A stretch of DNA of 64,000 nucleotides from Candidatus Zixiibacteriota bacterium. GTDB lineage: Bacteria; Zixibacteria; MSB-5A5; GN15; FEB-12. The notes below the pieces were generated by a model that did no database searches, was not told the origin of the DNA, and saw only the letters and a program-made list of their open reading frames with translations. Each line of letters opens with the position of its first letter. The first letter of the stretch is position 1. Both the position numbers and the translations under genes were made by a program. Positions 48,996-57,115 of the stretch are shown here, piece by piece. The stretch spans positions 202,943 to 266,942 of the forward strand of contig JAOUBJ010000004.1 of assembly GCA_029860345.1 (NCBI GenBank), written 5' to 3'.

Positions 48996-49949
48996 TCAAT
49001 TCCAATCCCGCGCTTCATGACAGCCGACACTCAGATCGCTACAAGTCCTGTCGATAAAGACACCACCTGAATCAATTTGGAACTCGATAGTTTTCAAACC
49101 GTCGACATGATACGCAGGGCCGATAACCTCCAGATCGGCATCAACGACAGTGGCGTGGCACTGTTCGCAGCCAACATTACTCCGTGCATGGCTACTATGC
49201 AGCCGGTCAATGAACCCGGGGTTCGCGCCGACATCATGACAGGACCCGCAGGCTGCCTGGTCGGCACCGATCCAGTAGGGCGTGTTGGTAAAGAACCCGC
49301 CGGTGAAATTACCATGGCAGTAAGAATTGAAACAACTGTTTGCCCCACGATTCCACATGACAGTGGTATCAATGCTGTTCCAGGTGACTTCAGCTATAGA
49401 ATCTATCCGGGAGGGTTCTTCAAAAAGTGAGTAGTCAAAGTGAGCCGAATCCCACGAAACTTCGGGAACGATGTGGCAGGCCACGCACGCCATACCGGTG
49501 AAAATAGTAGCATCGACCGTGTGAGCCTGGTGCGCCCCGACCGCGCGGGTATCGGGGGCTACCTCCCCTCTCAAGCCGGGGGGGGGTGCGCCGGTATTAT
49601 CCCGGAAGCCACCGTGGCAGGCAACGCAATTGTCCTGGCCGCTGCCGTGGCATTCGAAGCAGGATACTTCGGTGATCCCGCCGGTCAAATCGTTGTCATG
49701 ACATTTGAGACAGTCCTTCAGTCCATTGGTCAGGACATCAGTACCATGAAACCCTTCCGCCTGGGTCGTCATCCAGACCGGCGGATGATATGTCGACCAG
49801 GGAATGCTGTTTTCTTCCGAGTCGCAACCGAGGAAAACTACAACTAAACCCAGGGAGATCAGCGCCAACACCGACCGGGACATAAAACCGGAACTTTCGA
49901 CCGAGAGAAGCGGCCTGGAGGTTTCACTTTTGGCGGTTATGTCTTTCAT
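48996..49949 (-). CDS. multiheme c-type cytochrome lipoprotein (CxxCH x6 plus CX4CH)
   Basis: Heme motifs CLKCH, CFECH, CVACH, CVACH, CGSCH, CEQCH and CFNSYCH. Lipobox VVFLGC. The start may be the internal Met at 49883. Confidence 0.8.
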   Translation of the reverse strand: MKDITAKSETSRPLLSVESSGFMSRSVLALISLGLVVVFLGCDSEENSIPWSTYHPPVWMTTQAEGFHGTDVLTNGLKDCLKCHDNDLTGGITEVSCFECHGSGQDNCVACHGGFRDNTGAPPPGLRGEVAPDTRAVGAHQAHTVDATIFTGMACVACHIVPEVSWDSAHFDYSLFEEPSRIDSIAEVTWNSIDTTVMWNRGANSCFNSYCHGNFTGGFFTNTPYWIGADQAACGSCHDVGANPGFIDRLHSSHARSNVGCEQCHATVVDADLEVIGPAYHVDGLKTIEFQIDSGGVFIDRTCSDLSVGCHEARDWN

Positions 49950-50079
49950 TCGAATCCAGTGATGCGCTGCTTGTCAATACGGATGGTTCACAGTTCCTTT
50001 TGTTATGCGGAACAATATAAGCTGAAAGTCTAACAACAGTCAACGATGTTAGGCTCCCGGAAAAGTGGGTCCGCGTTTA

Positions 50080-50448
50080 GAGATTTTTCTCATCGGCCGG
50101 GTGTCACCCTCAAACTCGGTTTGCCGGTGACAGGCAAACCTGGTTTATCGCACATCGCACGCTTATAACCTCATGCTGAGTGGAGTCGAAGCATGACCTC
50201 TGCGAAACCACATTATGGCTCAGCAGCGATAACCAGGCTTGACTGTGTCGGGCGGGGTCGCCCGACACCACCTTAGACTAGAATATGACCAAGCCTGAAG
50301 GTTTGAGGCGGGCACCCAAGCCGAAGACTGGATTCTGGCCTTCGCCAGAATGACTTTGTATCAACTTGCTCAGGTCTCCGGCGGGTTCAGGCCGCGGCGC
50401 GCAGGCGAAGACGGACCCGACGTGCAAGTATGATGATCTGTGGACCGC
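50080..50448. repeat. intergenic mosaic of palindromic repeat modules
   Basis: GTGTCACCCTCAAACTCGGTTTGCCGGTGACA, CATGCTGAGTGGAGTCGAAGCATG, GGATTCTGGCCTTCGCCAGAATGAC, and GGCGGGTTCAGGCCGCGGCGCGCAGGCGAAGACGGACCCG. Confidence 0.75.
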
Positions 50449-52503
50449 TCACAAGCCCAGTTGCGGGAAATTTCGGCGCAAATGGGCCAGGTACGCACTG
50501 TCCAGTCCCAAAGGTACGGCCCGCCGGAACAAAGGGGCGGCCAGAAGGTAGCGTCGGTGGTTGAGGTGATAATCGGCCAGCTCGTTCAGCGCCACTAACG
50601 GGGCGTCATCGCGCGCGACGAGTTGATTCAGGTAATTGAACCAGTTATCCAACTTGTTGGTCTTCTTGTACAATTGCACCAGTCCGACCAACGGCTCCAA
50701 TTCAGACGGCGAGAGTTCGTGAGCACGCAAAAGCAGCCCTTCAGCGGCTGCGTAGTTTCCCTTTTCGAAGTAGGTTCGAGCCAGGGTGTTGTGGACTAAA
50801 TGGTTGTAAGGATTCATGCCGACCGCTATTCGCAACATCACTTCAGCGCTGTCTAACTGGCCAAGAATCAAATAGCACATGCCGATGTTGGCGTATGGAG
50901 CCACAAAGGTCGGATGCAGCTCGAGGGCGGCGCGGTATTTTTCAATTGCCTCGGCGCATTTCCCTTGGTCCTTCAAGGCGATACCCTGCCGGTTCAAAAC
51001 AAACTGCGGATAATCGGTAACGTATTGTCGACCCGCCTGGTCAGCAGCCGCAACATCACCGAGCCGATCGTAATACTTCTTCAAAAGGGTGCGCCCGTAC
51101 ATGTTCTTGGTTTTGTCCAGGGCGCCGTAGTTGTCGAACCAGACTACCGACTGATCCGGGTTGGTTTGGCTGACCGCCCGCGGGAACAGCATCGCCGAAG
51201 CCAACACAATCATCATGAGAGTTATAGGTATATACCGGGCCGGACGAACTTTCGGGTCCAGCACGAAATAAAAGCAAAACAGAGCCAACGGAATCCCGGC
51301 GAAAGAAAAGAGGTCCCAATCGCGCGGCATCCCCAGCTTGGGATCAAAAATGAACATGGCTGCCCAGCAAGAGAGAACCAGTATGGCCAGGTAACGATAT
51401 TCATAACGGCGGAAGATGCGCTTGAATGCGATTGCAAAGGCCAGTACGATCACAATCGGCAGAGCTGGAACCAACAGCAAAGCCAGGTTGATAATGTCGA
51501 CCAGGTGCCCAAGCGAAAACAGATGATATCCCTCGACAGTGAAGCGATCCGGCAACAGCGGGACGATGGCGAAACGGAAATAGTAGTAGTTGAAATAGAA
51601 ATGTAAAAACGTCAAAATGCCGACCACCGACAGACCGGCCGCGATGGCTCCTTTGGTCTTGGTTGACCAGCGTCCTACCCGATTGCCAAAGGTAGTCCCG
51701 GCCAACATCAGGTAGATTGTGGCCGGCAGGAATACGACTCCGAAAATATGACTAAGCACAGTCAGTCCCAGCAAGGGGGGTATGGTCCATCGCGGTGCTC
51801 GACCGAGGGATACCAACAGCCCGGTCATGCAGTACAGCAGACTGGTCAGGATAAAGAGCGAGTAGTTTTCAACGTAACCGAAGAAGTTGTACATGTATCC
51901 GCACGAGGCCAGTCCGGCCAGGAACAGAAAGCGATCACGGTTGTGCTGGAAGAGTCGTCCTGACAGCAAGGCCGTTGACATCAGAAAGAGCAGACCGCAA
52001 CCGATTGAGATGGACCTGAAACTGGCCAAAGCAGCCGGTTCACCACTGCCCCAAAGCTGCTTGACCCATATATGCAGCATTGCCGCACCATATTCGCGCG
52101 TTTTGACCAGAGGCTCAGGGGCGGCCAACAGGGAAAGTACGGTGTAACCGTCGCCAAGAAAATGTGTGCGTGCGCGCAGGTAAAAAAACAGCACGGTCAT
52201 AAGCAGCGTCATCGCCGCCGTGGCCGCCCAGAATATAGTGACACCGATATCCGGCTGGGTGGCATCGTCGGGTCGATTCCGTCGGCGCCCGAACAGCCAG
52301 AGTGTTGTCACAACCAAAAGGCCGCCGGTCAACAGACCCAGGGGAACTATCGATGGAAAGTACGCCCAGAGGTTAAGACCCCAGACGCGCCCCTGCGGAA
52401 ACCATGTTGCGACATAATAGACCATCAGCATCAACAGAGACACCAGGGCGGTGATGTGAAGCTGATTCGATCTTTTGGGCGGGTCGTTGTGCATACTGAT
52501 CAT
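50449..52503 (-). CDS. polytopic membrane protein (ArnT/PMT-like glycosyltransferase topology) with C-terminal TPR repeats
   Basis: 684 aa, with roughly 11-13 hydrophobic spans in the first ~440 aa and TPR repeats after that (…AIEKYRAALELHPTFVAPYANIGMCYLILGQLDSAE…). The functional assignment is tentative. Confidence 0.55.
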   Translation of the reverse strand: MISMHNDPPKRSNQLHITALVSLLMLMVYYVATWFPQGRVWGLNLWAYFPSIVPLGLLTGGLLVVTTLWLFGRRRNRPDDATQPDIGVTIFWAATAAMTLLMTVLFFYLRARTHFLGDGYTVLSLLAAPEPLVKTREYGAAMLHIWVKQLWGSGEPAALASFRSISIGCGLLFLMSTALLSGRLFQHNRDRFLFLAGLASCGYMYNFFGYVENYSLFILTSLLYCMTGLLVSLGRAPRWTIPPLLGLTVLSHIFGVVFLPATIYLMLAGTTFGNRVGRWSTKTKGAIAAGLSVVGILTFLHFYFNYYYFRFAIVPLLPDRFTVEGYHLFSLGHLVDIINLALLLVPALPIVIVLAFAIAFKRIFRRYEYRYLAILVLSCWAAMFIFDPKLGMPRDWDLFSFAGIPLALFCFYFVLDPKVRPARYIPITLMMIVLASAMLFPRAVSQTNPDQSVVWFDNYGALDKTKNMYGRTLLKKYYDRLGDVAAADQAGRQYVTDYPQFVLNRQGIALKDQGKCAEAIEKYRAALELHPTFVAPYANIGMCYLILGQLDSAEVMLRIAVGMNPYNHLVHNTLARTYFEKGNYAAAEGLLLRAHELSPSELEPLVGLVQLYKKTNKLDNWFNYLNQLVARDDAPLVALNELADYHLNHRRYLLAAPLFRRAVPLGLDSAYLAHLRRNFPQLGL

Positions 52504-52825
52504 TCACATCCGAGTCGGTTCAATCGGCTCTAATCCCGCGTAGTTGCGGGCCTTGGGTCCGCCGAATTTACATAGTTGCGGCGGGTCCTGCAAGTCCACC
52601 GCAGTAATTCACTATTTCGCGCCTTGTGCTCATCCTTCGACTGCGCTCAGGATGACAGGAGAAAGGCACGAAGCGCAAAGCACTGACCTGTCGACTTGCC
52701 TGTGTCCGCCGAACGCAGTCATGCTGTGCACCGTCGAAGTGTGACAAACCAATGGGGCGACACCAGGCCGCCTCCTACGCTTAGGAGCTACCCCAGTCTA
52801 TCGGCAAAAGTGTTCTCAGACAACG

Positions 52826-52855
52826 AAAAAACCCTCCCGTATAAACCTGGGAGGG
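52826..52855 (-). terminator. intrinsic terminator of the DUF4388 operon
   Basis: On the minus strand: CCCTCCC-AGGTTTATAC-GGGAGGG followed by TTTTTT. It lies about 30 nt after the stop at 52884. Confidence 0.7.
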
Positions 52856-52883
52856 TTCCAAATTTGGGTCGGCTTGAAAAGTA

Positions 52884-53072
52884 TCAGCCGTAAACCTCTG
52901 CGTTGTTACACTTGCAGACGCCGACATTCTGAGCCCGCATTTTCCAGCCGCCTTTGTCTCCTTTGACCGCTTTCATGAGCTTGATGAACTGGAGGGCCTC
53001 ATCGCAGGTGGGGCAGGTCATGGTGTGGGCACGTTTATTGGATTTATCTGCAAACGACTGCTTCTTAGCCAT
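52884..53072 (-). CDS. small Cys-rich (zinc-ribbon-like) protein
   Basis: 62 aa with CPTC ... CKC. Overlaps the upstream gene by 8 nt. Confidence 0.5.
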   Translation of the reverse strand: MAKKQSFADKSNKRAHTMTCPTCDEALQFIKLMKAVKGDKGGWKMRAQNVGVCKCNNAEVYG

Positions 53073-53304
53073 CTGAAAATGACTCCTTTATAGATATTGC
53101 TTCTTGTTGTTCGAGTTTCTTCAATTCCGCCTTGGTTGCTACCAAAAGGTGAGTGGTTTCCCTTAGGATTCCAAACTCCTTGTCTTTCTCAAAAAAGGGC
53201 GCCGCCTTATCAAACTGTTCGGCAGCCGCCGGATAATTCTTACGTTTCAGCGCCGTCAGGGCCTGAAAATATGCTTTTTCCGCCGTGTTAAGCATGAGCA
53301 GCAC
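53065..53304 (-). CDS. small helical (single TPR-like) protein
   Basis: 79 aa; AEKAYFQALTALKRKNYPAAAEQFDKAAPFF. Overlaps both neighbouring genes. Confidence 0.45.
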   Translation of the reverse strand: MLLMLNTAEKAYFQALTALKRKNYPAAAEQFDKAAPFFEKDKEFGILRETTHLLVATKAELKKLEQQEAISIKESFSDG

Positions 53305-53938
53305 TCTCTTTTTGAATCTGCTCAGCTTCTTTGAGTCTTTTCACGAACGGCTCTACTTTGTAGCCGCCGATTTTGAGATAATATATGATAAACCCGGACA
53401 AAAGCAAGGCCTCTCTGTTTTTCTGAAGGGCGGCGGTGTTCAGGGATTCATCGAGGATTGAGAGTAGATGTTTGCGCCCTTTGGCCTTACCAAGGAACAG
53501 CCCGGAAGTGCGAGCCATGGTTTTGCCGAATAAGCTGATGGAATCATCGTCTGTTGTTTGGCTTTCAGGAGGGCGCTTGAGCGTAATCGAACTACTCGGT
53601 TTTTTGGCCACTTGATCCCAACGGTCGATCTCCGAAGTGAGTTTGGCCGTTTCGGGTGTACTTGAGTCTGACAGCCTTGATTTGATGTGCTTGAGAATAC
53701 CGCCGATCCGGTCGATATCGGCTGATTTCAAATCGCCTTGTTTGAGTTGCTGGTTGTGCCGGGCGAACCAGTTGCCGACCGCTTCGGCTGTTGATGCACC
53801 GGAATCGTCGCGCGCGATTTCATCCAGCCGGTTGATTCCGTCGAGCACACTCAACCGCTTTTCTTTCTGGGCCAAGGCTCGGTCGAGAAAACTTTCAAGC
53901 GTCTTCTCAAGGGTGCGCAATGAATCGACCTGGCTCAA
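53288..53938 (-). CDS. hypothetical protein
   Basis: 216 aa, mostly helical and charged with a Ser/Thr-rich linker. ATGA overlap with the DUF4388 gene. Confidence 0.55.
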   Translation of the reverse strand: MSQVDSLRTLEKTLESFLDRALAQKEKRLSVLDGINRLDEIARDDSGASTAEAVGNWFARHNQQLKQGDLKSADIDRIGGILKHIKSRLSDSSTPETAKLTSEIDRWDQVAKKPSSSITLKRPPESQTTDDDSISLFGKTMARTSGLFLGKAKGRKHLLSILDESLNTAALQKNREALLLSGFIIYYLKIGGYKVEPFVKRLKEAEQIQKESAAHA

Positions 53939-54795
53939 TCAGCCTCCTCGACGAATGTTTCGGTGACCATTCTTTTGGCTGGGCGGCTGGGTGACTTGGC
54001 CGTCAGATAGTCCTCGAACAAGCCGGCCAGGCGGTTGGCTATTTTGTCCAGCTGTGGGGAGGCAGCTTCTTCTTTTTTCTCAGTCTTGGTGATCAGGCCG
54101 GCCAGTTTAAGATGAGCCAACCGTTTGAGTGTTTCATCGCGCTGACCGCCGCCCAGTTTGCAGACTTCATCGAGGCTTCTACGACCGTCCACCAGAGCCA
54201 TGATGTTCCACTCGTCCGCTTCGAGACTCACTTCGCGCTTACGTCCGGCCTGGGATGCGGAAATCGTGAACACGGCTTCAAGGTCCGGCAGAGTTTCACG
54301 AACCATATTCATTTCATCGACCCGACGCAGGCCTTCCAAAATCACGTTCTCTATCGAGAGGTCGATAGTGATCTCTTCCTCGGTCGGAAACTGGTTGTCG
54401 TAGAACTTGAACGATCCACTCTGCCACGACAGCAGCGAGTACAGAAGTTCCTTCACCTGCTTTATGACCACTTGCTCAAGATCGGCCCGGTCGATATAGT
54501 TGCGGGAGATCATTATTTCGCCAAGCCGTTTGGAGTTTTCGCTTTTGGCCTGGACACGTACTGCATCCTCAAGCTGTTCATCGGTGATGACCCCGCGCTC
54601 TCTGAGAAGCTGGCCCAGGTGAAAGGTCTGTCTGGGTCCGTAGCCGTAGATGACGCTCCCCTCTTTGAAATAGACCATGACAATAGAGTCATCTTTTTGG
54701 ATACCGAGCGTTCCGGTTTTGCGGCTGGATGCTATCAGTTGCAGGATTTCCGGTAGGGTGAAACGTTCGATTCGTCCTTGTAAATCAAGATCCAT
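53935..54795 (-). CDS. DUF4388 (PATAN-like) domain protein
   Basis: The N-terminus LQGRIERFTLPEILQLIASSRKTGTLGIQKDDSIVMVYFKEGSVIYG is the DUF4388 signature. Confidence 0.75.
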   Translation of the reverse strand: MDLDLQGRIERFTLPEILQLIASSRKTGTLGIQKDDSIVMVYFKEGSVIYGYGPRQTFHLGQLLRERGVITDEQLEDAVRVQAKSENSKRLGEIMISRNYIDRADLEQVVIKQVKELLYSLLSWQSGSFKFYDNQFPTEEEITIDLSIENVILEGLRRVDEMNMVRETLPDLEAVFTISASQAGRKREVSLEADEWNIMALVDGRRSLDEVCKLGGGQRDETLKRLAHLKLAGLITKTEKKEEAASPQLDKIANRLAGLFEDYLTAKSPSRPAKRMVTETFVEEAD

Positions 54796-54959
54796 TGCTG
54801 CTCCGTACCATCGAGAAAGTAGTTATCCGGCGGCGCTGTCACCAAGAATAACAGACCAACCGCGTCGCGATTGGAAAGCTCGGTGCATAGACATTTTCGA
54901 CGCCGCCCGTTGTTCGACAGCTTAATACATAGAGGTTGCCCAGTCAACAATTACTCAGG

Positions 54960-55686
54960 CTAAAGCCAAGAAAGCCGGCTTCGAAGACGGACCTGCATCA
55001 TTGTTCATTAATGACAGAGTTCCCCGGCTCCGTCATTCCGGGCTTTGACCCGGAATCCATCTTCGTCACACTGAGAGCATTTTAGACAGTAGGGCGGCAT
55101 CCCTGCGATGCCGCCGAACATGGCAGGATCCCAGGGATCCTGCCCTACAAAACTTCGTTGGCTGATTACCCCCCACCTCATTCTGAGTTCCCCCTATCTC
55201 ATCCTGAGCTCCCCCTACCTCATCCTGAGCTCCCTCCACCTCATCCTGAGCTCCCTCCACCTCCTCCTCAGCAGAGTCGCAGGATGAACCAAACCAGCAA
55301 CCTGGGGCAAGCCCACGGGCCACCCGCGAATGCAAAGAAGCCAAAGGGATATGGTGAGTGTGGATTTGTGATTGTCTTCTACCACAGATGCCCAAATAAC
55401 ACTATCCCCATCCTACATTCTAGTAACCACAGATGGGAAGGGCTCTTCCCACGGCACTAGGTCTGTGCGACTTTCTACAGCCATCAGGCCGCCCGGTGGT
55501 TCAAGTAGGTCAGGACCCTTGTGGTCCTGACACATGCAAGCCGTGTTTCTGCAGATTTGGCGGGTTCACGCCGCGGCGCACAGGCGAAGACGGACCCGCC
55601 CTACAAGATTAAGTCAGGTCCGTGAAGGACCCGACCTACATGACACATAGTGAAAATCCACCCGTTGGGTGGGGTACCGAAGAGTG
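54960..55686. repeat. intergenic mosaic of palindromic modules including a 21-bp tandem repeat (55170..55274)
   Basis: Consecutive hairpins: GTCATTCCGGGCTTTGACCCGGAATCC, GGCGGCATCCCTGCGATGCCGCC, GGCAGGATCCCAGGGATCCTGCC, GTCAGGACCCTTGTGGTCCTGAC, GGCGGGTTCACGCCGCGGCGCACAGGCGAAGACGGACCCGCC, GTCAGGTCCGTGAAGGACCCGAC. Also five tandem 21-mers of the form CCCCTACCTCATCCTGAGCTC. Confidence 0.8.
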
Positions 55687-56100
55687 TTAGACCTTCCGCG
55701 GTCGATATATCGAGGCGAAGATGATTCCGGCCAGTGTCATTATTATAGGCTCGCCGATACACCAGGAAATAATCCAGTTGCTCGGTATCGGAAAGACTGC
55801 GAAATTCATCAGGCTGGTTGGAATCGAAAAAGCCAAACCGATCAAGAAACCATACCGTGCACCTTCGCCCAGCCCCTTGTCTTCATATCCTTTGGTGAAA
55901 ATGTAGCAGAACCCAAACGACAAGACCAGGAAGCCGGCAATCATCGATGGAAAGTAGGCCACCGCCTCCGCCTCAGGTCGTAGTAGATGCTGAGATTCGA
56001 TGTAGGTGCTGTTCATAATCATGCCATGGAAAAGCCACTCGGCCATGAAGATAAACAGAAAGACTACGAAGCTGCCGATGAAATAACGCAGTGTGTTCAT
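55687..56100 (-). CDS. small integral membrane protein (DUF1761-like)
   Basis: 137 aa with four hydrophobic spans. The family assignment is from memory. Confidence 0.5.
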   Translation of the reverse strand: MNTLRYFIGSFVVFLFIFMAEWLFHGMIMNSTYIESQHLLRPEAEAVAYFPSMIAGFLVLSFGFCYIFTKGYEDKGLGEGARYGFLIGLAFSIPTSLMNFAVFPIPSNWIISWCIGEPIIMTLAGIIFASIYRPRKV

Positions 56101-56400
56101 TTGTTTCTCCTGAGATTAGGTTTCAGACGCAATCGGCGGGTTCACGCCGCGGCGCGCAGGCGAAGACGGACCCGCCCTATAAGACTGGCGACCGTTGCCA
56201 TGAAAACCTTGGTGCTGAGGATTTGTTCCCGGCCGCCATCTCAGACTTTCTCAAGGACAGAACTCAGCACAGTAGATTCATCCTTCGACTCCGCTCAGGA
56301 TGAGGTTGGGGGGCGAACTGGGTGAGATTACAAATGCGCGAAGTGCAAGAAAGTGATTTATCACCAAAAAGAAAACCCAGACAGGTGGTGCCTGCCTGGG
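56101..56400. repeat. palindromic repeat modules
   Basis: GGCGGGTTCACGCCGCGGCGCGCAGGCGAAGACGGACCCGCCCTATAAG (about 56135..56183), CATCCTTCGACTCCGCTCAGGATG (about 56280), and GCGCGAAGTGCAAGAAAGTGATTTATCAC (about 56336..56364). Confidence 0.8.
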
Positions 56401-56642
56401 CGGACGATATTAGGTAATCCACAGAAAGAGTAACACTTTCCGATTGCACACCCAACATAACAAACTTCACAATCTTGTCAAGCGAAAAATCCAAATAACT
56501 CAAAAAAAAAGCAGTGGTAAACAGCGAAAAACCAACCCCCAAGCGGTTTTTTCCTTGTCCACCATTAATAGGACGAGTATCCAGAAACTACTTGACAACA
56601 CCCGACAGTTGGCTCAAAAGAGCATATCGCCGAAACTCGCTG

Positions 56643-56651
56643 TTATCCACA
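56643..56651 (+). promoter_or_regulatory. perfect DnaA box
   Basis: TTATCCACA. Confidence 0.6.
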
Positions 56652-56730
56652 AGGATTGTGTATACCTTGTTATTTGCTTGTTGGCGAATTGGTAAAGTGA
56701 TTAAAATCAATATGTTATCTTTCTTTGGTC

Positions 56731-56739
56731 TGTGGATAA
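56731..56739 (-). promoter_or_regulatory. perfect DnaA box (inverted)
   Basis: TGTGGATAA, the reverse complement of TTATCCACA, 80 bp from the first box. A 1-mismatch box TAATCCACA lies at 56415..56423. Confidence 0.6.
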
Positions 56740-57115
56740 GTTGGGTTGACTTCGACTAAAAACTGAAAGGCTTCTAATTATTTGCGAGATAGTTACTTGC
56801 GAGACTTGGTTTTTTCAATATGGGGGCGCAAAGGGCACGCACTATTTTTGTTCAGTTGAGTTTTCAAGCTATAGGACTGACCTTCAGGAGAATACGTTAT
56901 TATCAAATAAAACACAATTTTTAGTGGGGGGGACCATTGCAGACACTACATATTGTACCCCGCAGCAGGAAATGGGTGTTTTTTTCTGGGCCATTGCCCG
57001 GGGTGTACGTTGAGACTATTATAATTTATCAGGCAGTAAGGAATTATCAGGATTCTCACCTGGCCACGGACCGGCCGGTCCTGGTATTTTTTTGCTCTTG
57101 TACAGGAGGTACAGC

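Noticed and set aside
48354-48998. Readthrough between the cytochrome, YceI and barrel genes, which share a frame
   Set aside because: The YceI stop is TAA with an RBS-like AAGGCAGGA in the 18-nt gap. The cytochrome TGA is followed two codons later by an in-frame TAA. The shared frame is coincidental.
55610-55640. SRP (4.5S) RNA-like GTCAGGTCCG..GAAGGA motif
   Set aside because: It lacks the conserved AGCAGC/symmetric-loop context and is simply a variant of the GTCAGGACC..GGTCCTGAC repeat family.
56943-56958. NrdR box upstream of nrdJ (ACACTACATATTGTAC)
   Set aside because: It matches only about 12 of 16 positions of the consensus as I recall it (acaCwAtATaTwGtgt), is a poor palindrome, and I could not find the expected second box about 31-32 bp away.
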